From the NCBI GenBank assembly GCA_038245295.1, contig JBBRSP010000056.1, positions 1-14,317 on the forward strand: a stretch of 14,317 nucleotides of DNA. The letters are read 5' to 3'. Shown here piece after piece: positions 8,556-14,317 of the stretch. Every line of letters starts with the position of its first letter. Position 1 is the stretch's first letter. The translations under genes and the position numbers were made by a program. This stretch comes from Candidatus Binatia bacterium (GTDB taxonomy: Bacteria > Desulfobacterota > Binatia > HRBIN30). Below the pieces are notes generated by a model, which was not told where the DNA came from, did no database searches, and saw only the letters and a program-made list of their open reading frames with translations.

Positions 8556-8925
8556 ATGAAGCGCTGGCATTTTCCTAATGCTTATCGCGTCGATGACCGC
8601 AACAGACCTTTTTGTTGCCCTCCGTTGGGCTCTCCTATCCGGTCATCGATGCCGTAGTGGGGCTTTCGTACCCCAGAATTCGTGACAGTTTAGTTTATCC
8701 CGACGAGGTGGATTCAAATTTGTATTGTTTTGTACCAACCACTGTGGAACCGGTTCATGATACTCAAGGTAAACCCCGACTGGGCGTGCAATATTGGGGA
8801 TTCACTGGTGCTGACCCAGGGGGATACTCGGCGCAGCACTCAGTTTCAGCATCCGGCCAGTGTTCGATCGCGCCAAGCTTCAAGCGGTAGCTGACGAGAT
8901 GCGCAAGAAGAATGATGCCGGTTCA
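8556..8925 (+). pseudogene. Frameshifted, truncated gene for a secreted hypothetical protein
   Basis: AAGGTG RBS and ATG AAG CG at 8556. Protein-like text continues across frames: FLMLIASMTATDLF (signal-like), LPSVGLSYP...VYPDEVDSNLYCFVP...GKPRLGVQYWGFTGADPG, then after the G-run at 8819-8823 LGAALSFSIRPVFDRAKLQAVADEMRKKN. The end is approximate. Confidence 0.6.
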
Positions 8926-9478
8926 GTGGGTGGCGGCGAGCCATGTATCTTGTGCTCGGAGCGGGCTCTGCGGCTGTTTGGCTGGCTGAGACGGATGCCC
9001 TTTGCCGGTTCGGACAGACTTTCCGGCGCAGAACGACAGGGATTGCGGCTTCGCCCTGCGCCCGGCGCACCACCTCCGAACGGCTTCGGCTGCCTTGAAA
9101 ATTGAGATTTGAGGGACGTTTGTTGTCGTCTGGAAAACTGGACAGAACACACATGCCTTCGCTGCGTCAATTCACGTTTAGGTGGTGTCCCTCGCGGCTG
9201 AATGCGCTCGGCACAGAAGCTGCTAGAGGAGCGCCTAGACCCAAATTAGCGCGGCGGTGCGACTTTGCGACCTTCCTGAACGTCGGGCTTGATCTCGCGA
9301 CCGACGCTGCTCGAGCGGTCGAGATCGCTGGTTGGGGAGGGTGCCGCTTTGCCGACTGAGGTTGTGCAACAGCCGGTTAGCCAGAGAATGGAAAGGAAAA
9401 ACATCCAGTTGGCTCGATCGAGTAGCATCAGATGACCATACCACAAATACCATCGTACAAAAGGGCAAAGGTGGACCA

Positions 9479-10687
9479 ATGAATCATCAAAGGAATCATC
9501 AAAGGTATGGGCGCATCCAACGGCTGACGATTCTCGTGGTAACGGGCTTCTGTGTACTTGCCACCGTTCGCAATATCGCAACCGCCGCCTCAGACGATCG
9601 CGAACAGCGCCAGGTGGAACGAAAGTCTTTCGAGGACCGGACACGACCGATCGAATTTCCCTCGGGCGATACCGCACCACGAGGGCGCTTCGTGACGCGT
9701 GGCCTTCGCGCGAATGCCGACGTGGAGCGCACAAACGCATGGGGAGTCACCCTTTCGGCCGGCAGTGGCTACGACAGCAATCCGGACGGCACGCACGCGG
9801 CTGTTGGGTCAGCGCTCGGCGACTTCGAACTCATGCCCAGCTACACGTTTGAATTGGGCGACCGCAAGGATACTAAGCAGGTCCATTCACTAGCCTTGTC
9901 CTATGACGTTGAGCAGGTGGTTTACGAAGATGCTTTCGAAGACTCAAACGCACTCGATCAAAAGTTCGAAGCGCTTTACAAACGTGGCATCGGTGACTGG
10001 ACGTTCTCGCTGGATGCAAAGGATACTCTCAGCTTGAGCGGGGGGAAGCTCTTCCTCAATCGCGTCGACGGCGTTCCGAAGCTTACATACAGTTGGAAGT
10101 ATCTCTCGTTTGGCGGCCGCTATGGCTACAGTCATCTCGACTACCTTTTTACCGCAAGTACGCCGGCAAAGAATCCCGATGCCGAACGCCACGAGGTTGC
10201 ACCCAATCTTGTCGTTTCTCCACGCAAGATAGAAAATGCGCCGGCACAGTTGACGAGCCTGCTGGATGCCGTAGAGCTGGTGTATGTGCACACGTGGAAC
10301 GATGCTCGCGGATCCGATTTTGAGTACGAAGGGAATCGCCTACAAGCGAAACTGCGCGGGCTGGGGCCCTCGACTCTGGGGCCGCTTTGCAACGAGGGTG
10401 TCAAGTGTTTGTCCGCCGACGTGAGCTATTCAAGTGATTGGACCGATTACAAGAATCCCAACTCTGCGTCGGCCACCGGTAGCACGCGGCACGACCGGAT
10501 CGACAAGGCGAGCATTCTCGCTTCGTACCTGCTGGGGTGGCCGAAGGTCAACGGCCACTCGTCCGAGCCCTCGGAGCAGACCCCAAGCATTTTCGTGCGC
10601 TACGATGTGACCGATCAACACTCCAACATCGAGTCAAAGGATTATTCGGAGCACGTCATCGTGCTGGGTATTAGCGCCACCTTTTGA
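9479..10687 (+). CDS. Outer-membrane beta-barrel protein (Slam/DUF560-like or BBP2-like), no TPR domain
   Basis: Basic N-terminus plus hydrophobic stretch (signal peptide), first-strand motif GSGYDSNP, alternating amphipathic strands, SNIESKDY near the end, and a terminal strand VIVLGISATF ending in Phe (BAM signal). The barrel call is firm; the family is less certain. Confidence 0.8.
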   Translation: MNHQRNHQRYGRIQRLTILVVTGFCVLATVRNIATAASDDREQRQVERKSFEDRTRPIEFPSGDTAPRGRFVTRGLRANADVERTNAWGVTLSAGSGYDSNPDGTHAAVGSALGDFELMPSYTFELGDRKDTKQVHSLALSYDVEQVVYEDAFEDSNALDQKFEALYKRGIGDWTFSLDAKDTLSLSGGKLFLNRVDGVPKLTYSWKYLSFGGRYGYSHLDYLFTASTPAKNPDAERHEVAPNLVVSPRKIENAPAQLTSLLDAVELVYVHTWNDARGSDFEYEGNRLQAKLRGLGPSTLGPLCNEGVKCLSADVSYSSDWTDYKNPNSASATGSTRHDRIDKASILASYLLGWPKVNGHSSEPSEQTPSIFVRYDVTDQHSNIESKDYSEHVIVLGISATF

Positions 10688-11086
10688 GCGTCGTTGGCAC
10701 GACCGAGCAACCACTACACACCTCATCCTGGCCTCGCGGCGGCAGTCGAGTGCCTCCACGGGAGCAAGGGTTAGGCGGCTCACGATTTCGGCTCCTCGAC
10801 AGAATTTGTGGGTGATGTGAAGGCGTCAAACGTCCTGCGTCGTGCTGACCGAACGCAAGCAGACGACGACCGCACGTCGGGGGTTACCCACAGCGGGGCC
10901 TCGGCGCGCCTATGGGCTCGTTTGAAGAGCCCGGTCACGGGCGCGCCGAGAAAGGTAGGCCCCGCTATGGATAACCCTGCGAGCGTCAGTACCCTGCGCG
11001 CAGACCACCGCCCGCGCGGGAATGGCATGTCGTGCTCGGTTGCCTGCGTTTAAGGCGTTGTTGGCGCGAGGGTGCCTACCGCCTGG

Positions 11087-11103
11087 GTGACATTTTTTGT
11101 CAC
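11087..11103. promoter_or_regulatory. Operator-like palindrome GTGACA-N5-TGTCAC
   Basis: Perfect 6-bp arms with a T5 spacer, in the long intergenic region upstream of the protease pair. Confidence 0.45.
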
Positions 11104-11520
11104 TGGGTCGGTTCGCTACAACTGGTACCCGAAACTCTGGTGCCGAGAGGGCTCGATAATGCCTGTCGTTAAAGGCGTTTGGCCGATTTTGGCGCCAAGC
11201 CTGCCCACAGATTCTGTAGAGGAGGCACGATTTCATTGGGCTCCAAAACCGTGATGCCCCCAAACGGCCTCGTGGAGATGACGCTGCCGCGTCGCGCCCA
11301 GACTCGATGCCGTGCCCGATTCAGCACTGCAACCGCCTATCGTGTATGTGTCAGCGAACCGCGTGTCGACACCGCGCCCGTGACCGGACACCACACGGAT
11401 CGATGGCGCCTTTAGGTGACCGCCTCCTATCAGATGTTGCTTTCGCCGAGTTTGCACACATGGTGCGATGCTGCGCTCGGGAAGGAACGCGGTCCTGCCC
11501 TCATAGTCAAAGGAGTGTGA

Positions 11521-13140
11521 ATGTCGGCAGATAATTTAAATATAAATGCGCAACGCGCTCTCGACACTCGCGAGTCTCCATACAATCGTGAGAACCGCGG
11601 AACCAACGCTGGCCGTGGGCCAATGCTGACAGTCACGCTGCTCGCCATTTGCATCCTCCTGCCAAGCATCGCGCATGCACAAAAGTGGGCTTTGGATACA
11701 AAGAAGATACTTAGGGGCGTGAGCGTCGAACGGGAAGCGGATCGTTATATCGAAAAGATGGCGAGGAATGCTGCGTCGCCTACCCAAGCCAGCAAGAGAA
11801 TCACAATCGACGGTGAGTTGAGGCGCGAGCCGGACGGCTCGGTCTTCTTATCGCCCACCGACGATCCAAGCGTTTCGATTCCATTCGACCAGGCGACGAC
11901 AGTCAGTCCGGCTGCAATCGGCCTTCCGGTCGCCGTGACGATCACTAACCCCCAAGCCTCCAACGCGAACGTCAACGCCGTAACCCTTTCTGCTGCCCGA
12001 GAGTGGAAGGCACAATCCGCAGCACTTCCGAAGCAAAGCGCCGACGTCTTGAATCATGCGTTCGAGAAGATTGATAGGGCGCAAGCAGCTCTCTTCGCTG
12101 CCTCCGGAGATAGCAAGTCACGCGAAACGCTTGCCGAGACGGTCAATGCGGCGAAGGAACAGGTCGTCGACGCATACGCGACAGCGCACCGCTCCGGTGC
12201 GATCGCGCAAGAAGAAATCGGGGCCTTGGTGAAGGCGTATCTTGCGCTTGAGCGAACGGGGAAGGCCTTGTACGGCAAACGCGACATCTACCGTCCTGGC
12301 GCGTATGAACGAATCTTTGAAAATTCCAGAGGCGTCGGAGCTGTGGCTCCGAAGAACAACGCACCGGCAATCTGCACTGCGTTCCTGGTTGCAAAAGATG
12401 CCGCGCTCACAGCTGCACACTGCCTCCAACAATATCTCGCTACGGAGTTAGAAGTTAGGTTTAACTATGAGCAGAAGCTCGACGATACATTTCTGCCAGC
12501 CAAGAGCTATCAAATTGATAGCGTAATTGCACGGGGGCGGGCGCCCGAGGCAGGAGAGCGGCCGATCGACTATGCACTTCTAAAGCTCAAGGCTAACTCG
12601 GGCCAGAGTGCGGGTGACGACTGGCCAATTCAGTGTTTAGGGGCGGACCGGGTTCATCGTGGAGATCCTATTTATGTTGTTGGGCATCCGTACGGAGATC
12701 CGCGGTCCGTGGCCGACAACGCAGTGGTCTTGTTCCCATTTCGAGCAGTCGGCAAAGAGTATGATGCCTTGAAGTTTATAGTAGAGGCGGAGGCTTCCCA
12801 AGACCCGCAAGGGAGCAGCCTCCTGCAGTCATTTCTCGAAAGCTATCGACCAAAGCCTCTAGCCAGCGGGGAGACTTTCTACGAACAGTACAGCAAGCGA
12901 TGGCAACAGCCAACCTTTGCGGCTGACTGTGACACATACGCCGGGAACTCTGGCTCGCCTGCATACAGCAGGCAGAACCACCGCGTCGTCGGCATATTGA
13001 TTGACGGCGAACCGGACCAGCCGGAAGCATACAGGCCGGGTTGGCGACGACACGAGGCGATCCTGCCGATCACTTTGGTACTGGAACAACTACAAGATCT
13101 GGACGAGTGGAAGGCGCTCGAAGGGCGCTGTGCTCTCTAA
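11521..13140 (+). CDS. Secreted trypsin-like (clan PA, S1) serine protease with long N-terminal extension
   Basis: Catalytic triad motifs LTAAHC, DYALL and GNSGSP. Signal peptide MLTVTLLAICILLPSIAHA begins at alternative start 11623, while AAGGAG precedes 11521. Confidence 0.9.
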   Translation: MSADNLNINAQRALDTRESPYNRENRGTNAGRGPMLTVTLLAICILLPSIAHAQKWALDTKKILRGVSVEREADRYIEKMARNAASPTQASKRITIDGELRREPDGSVFLSPTDDPSVSIPFDQATTVSPAAIGLPVAVTITNPQASNANVNAVTLSAAREWKAQSAALPKQSADVLNHAFEKIDRAQAALFAASGDSKSRETLAETVNAAKEQVVDAYATAHRSGAIAQEEIGALVKAYLALERTGKALYGKRDIYRPGAYERIFENSRGVGAVAPKNNAPAICTAFLVAKDAALTAAHCLQQYLATELEVRFNYEQKLDDTFLPAKSYQIDSVIARGRAPEAGERPIDYALLKLKANSGQSAGDDWPIQCLGADRVHRGDPIYVVGHPYGDPRSVADNAVVLFPFRAVGKEYDALKFIVEAEASQDPQGSSLLQSFLESYRPKPLASGETFYEQYSKRWQQPTFAADCDTYAGNSGSPAYSRQNHRVVGILIDGEPDQPEAYRPGWRRHEAILPITLVLEQLQDLDEWKALEGRCAL

Positions 13141-13163
13141 CGTTTAAGACAAGGAGGTTTCAC

Positions 13164-13982
13164 ATGATGGTCCGACCGTTGATCGTAGCCGCAGTTCTGC
13201 TGATGTCAGCCCCTGCACATGCGTTTGATACCACCAGCCTCGCGCCAGGTGATGCCAGGCGCGTCGAGGCAGTCCTGAGAGCGCGAACAAAACCGGAGGT
13301 CACAGGAAAAATCGTCGGCGGTACTGTTGCTGGAGAGACGCCATGGGCAGTTGCGTTTGCGTTTCGTAAGCCCGACAATTCCTTGTTCCAGTATTGTGGG
13401 GGCACTCTCATCGACAAGCACTGGGTGCTCACGGCAGCTCATTGTGATGTGCGTGTCGGCGACACCGCAATCGTGGGTCGACGCATACTCAGCACGACGG
13501 CGGGGAAAGAGATAGATGTCAAACAAGTTGTCCCGCACGCCGCCTATGATGCGCCGACGAGCGAAAATGACATTGCGCTAGTCGCGTTGGCAGAGGATTC
13601 GCCGACCGCGTCCCTTCCTCTCCTCAGCAGCGATGCCTCCTTACCATCACAGCTGAAGGTTCTCGGGTGGGGACTGCTGCGCGAGAAGGGTGCCGCCTCT
13701 GATGTGCTCCAAGAAGTATCGGTTCCTGTCGTATCGGAGGCCAAGTGCAAGGATGACTACTCCAAGGCGCAGATTGCCATCAAGCAGGGAATGGTTTGTG
13801 CCGGGGAGGAGGGGAAGGACTCCTGTCAGGGGGACAGCGGGGGGCCACTCGTTGAGCCCGACGGGAAACACCTCGTCGGCATCGTAAGCTTTGGTGTGGG
13901 GTGCGCCCGTCCAGAGTTTCCCGGGGTATACACAAGCGTCAAATTCTTCCGCCCCTGGATCAAAGAGAAGGCGGGACTCTGA
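13164..13982 (+). CDS. Secreted trypsin (S1A) serine protease zymogen
   Basis: AAGGAGG RBS, signal peptide ending AHA, propeptide, K-IVGG, CGGTLI..WVLTAAHC, NDIAL, GKDSCQGDSGGP and GIVSFGVGCARPEFPGVYT. Starts 23 nt after the upstream protease stop. Confidence 0.95.
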   Translation: MMVRPLIVAAVLLMSAPAHAFDTTSLAPGDARRVEAVLRARTKPEVTGKIVGGTVAGETPWAVAFAFRKPDNSLFQYCGGTLIDKHWVLTAAHCDVRVGDTAIVGRRILSTTAGKEIDVKQVVPHAAYDAPTSENDIALVALAEDSPTASLPLLSSDASLPSQLKVLGWGLLREKGAASDVLQEVSVPVVSEAKCKDDYSKAQIAIKQGMVCAGEEGKDSCQGDSGGPLVEPDGKHLVGIVSFGVGCARPEFPGVYTSVKFFRPWIKEKAGL

Positions 13983-14012
13983 AAAACGATTCGCCGGAAA
14001 CCAAAGGCAGCA

Positions 14013-14317
14013 TGGACTTGCCCCGGTTTCGTGGACACCCCAACCCGCACAAAATGTGCAATGGGAGTGTGCCATGGGAAAGAAGTCGAGACGGAAGTTT
14101 TCAGATGAGTTCAAGGCCGAGACAGTGCGGCTGGTGCGTGACAGCGGCAAGACCGTCGCGGCAGTGTCGCGTGAGCTAGGTCTGACCGAGACGGCGGTTC
14201 GACGTTGGGTGGATCAGGCCAACCCGCAGACGACGGCGTCAACGATCAGCATGCTGGCGGCCGACGAACGCGGCGAACTCGAGCAGCTGCGGCGTGAGAA
14301 CCGCGTGCTGCGAATGG
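14013..14317 (+). mobile_element. IS3-family insertion sequence, left end (runs off the window)
   Basis: Left IR begins TGGACTTGCCCCGGTTTCGTGGACAC (5'-TG, typical of IS3) and is followed by an OrfA. Confidence 0.88.
14074..14317 (+). CDS. IS3-family transposase OrfA (partial)
   Basis: My translation: MGKKSRRKFSDEFKAETVRLVRDSGKTVAAVSRELGLTETAVRRWVDQA...ELEQLRRENRVLRM. This is an HTH followed by a leucine zipper. GGAG RBS upstream. Not in the supplied ORF track because it has no stop in the window. Confidence 0.92.
   Translation, partial: MGKKSRRKFSDEFKAETVRLVRDSGKTVAAVSRELGLTETAVRRWVDQANPQTTASTISMLAADERGELEQLRRENRVLRM

Noticed and set aside
10694..10710. TGGCACG as a sigma-54 promoter
   Set aside because: The GC element is one base short of the strict -24/-12 spacing.
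10688..10780. GTTAGGC at 10770-10776 as an integron attC core site
   Set aside because: No complementary RYYYAAC inverse core after the barrel stop, no attC sites at the other genes and no integrase.
11531..11553. AT-rich atttaaatataaatgcgcaac as a dif (XerCD) site
   Set aside because: Partial resemblance only; about 7 bp too short for the 11-6-11 structure.

Overview
GC-rich bacterial window. The DUF6178-like gene suggests a deltaproteobacteria-like lineage such as Myxococcota or Binatota (inference). The left part (1-5800) is core-like: acyl-CoA dehydrogenase and VOC genes on the minus strand, a TauD/TfdA dioxygenase and a DUF6178-like gene on the plus strand, and a small DUF4870-like membrane protein. 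Its intergenic regions are packed with small repeats. The clearest is a three-layer nest at 2403-2717: a boxC-like palindrome doublet interrupted by a 152-bp MITE-like element (perfect 16-bp TIRs, 9-bp target duplication) that itself carries a GTAG-type REP doublet. The right part (about 6278-14317) looks like an accessory, proteolysis-centred island, all on the plus strand. It holds an M12 (astacin/myroilysin-like) metallopeptidase, a LuxR-type HTH regulator followed by a palindromic box, and a frameshifted secreted-protein pseudogene. After these come a TPR-less Slam/DUF560- or BBP2-like outer-membrane beta-barrel, two adjacent signal-peptide-bearing serine proteases (one atypical, one canonical trypsin zymogen), and the left end of an IS3-family element. 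All family calls come from motif recognition by eye; no searches were run.
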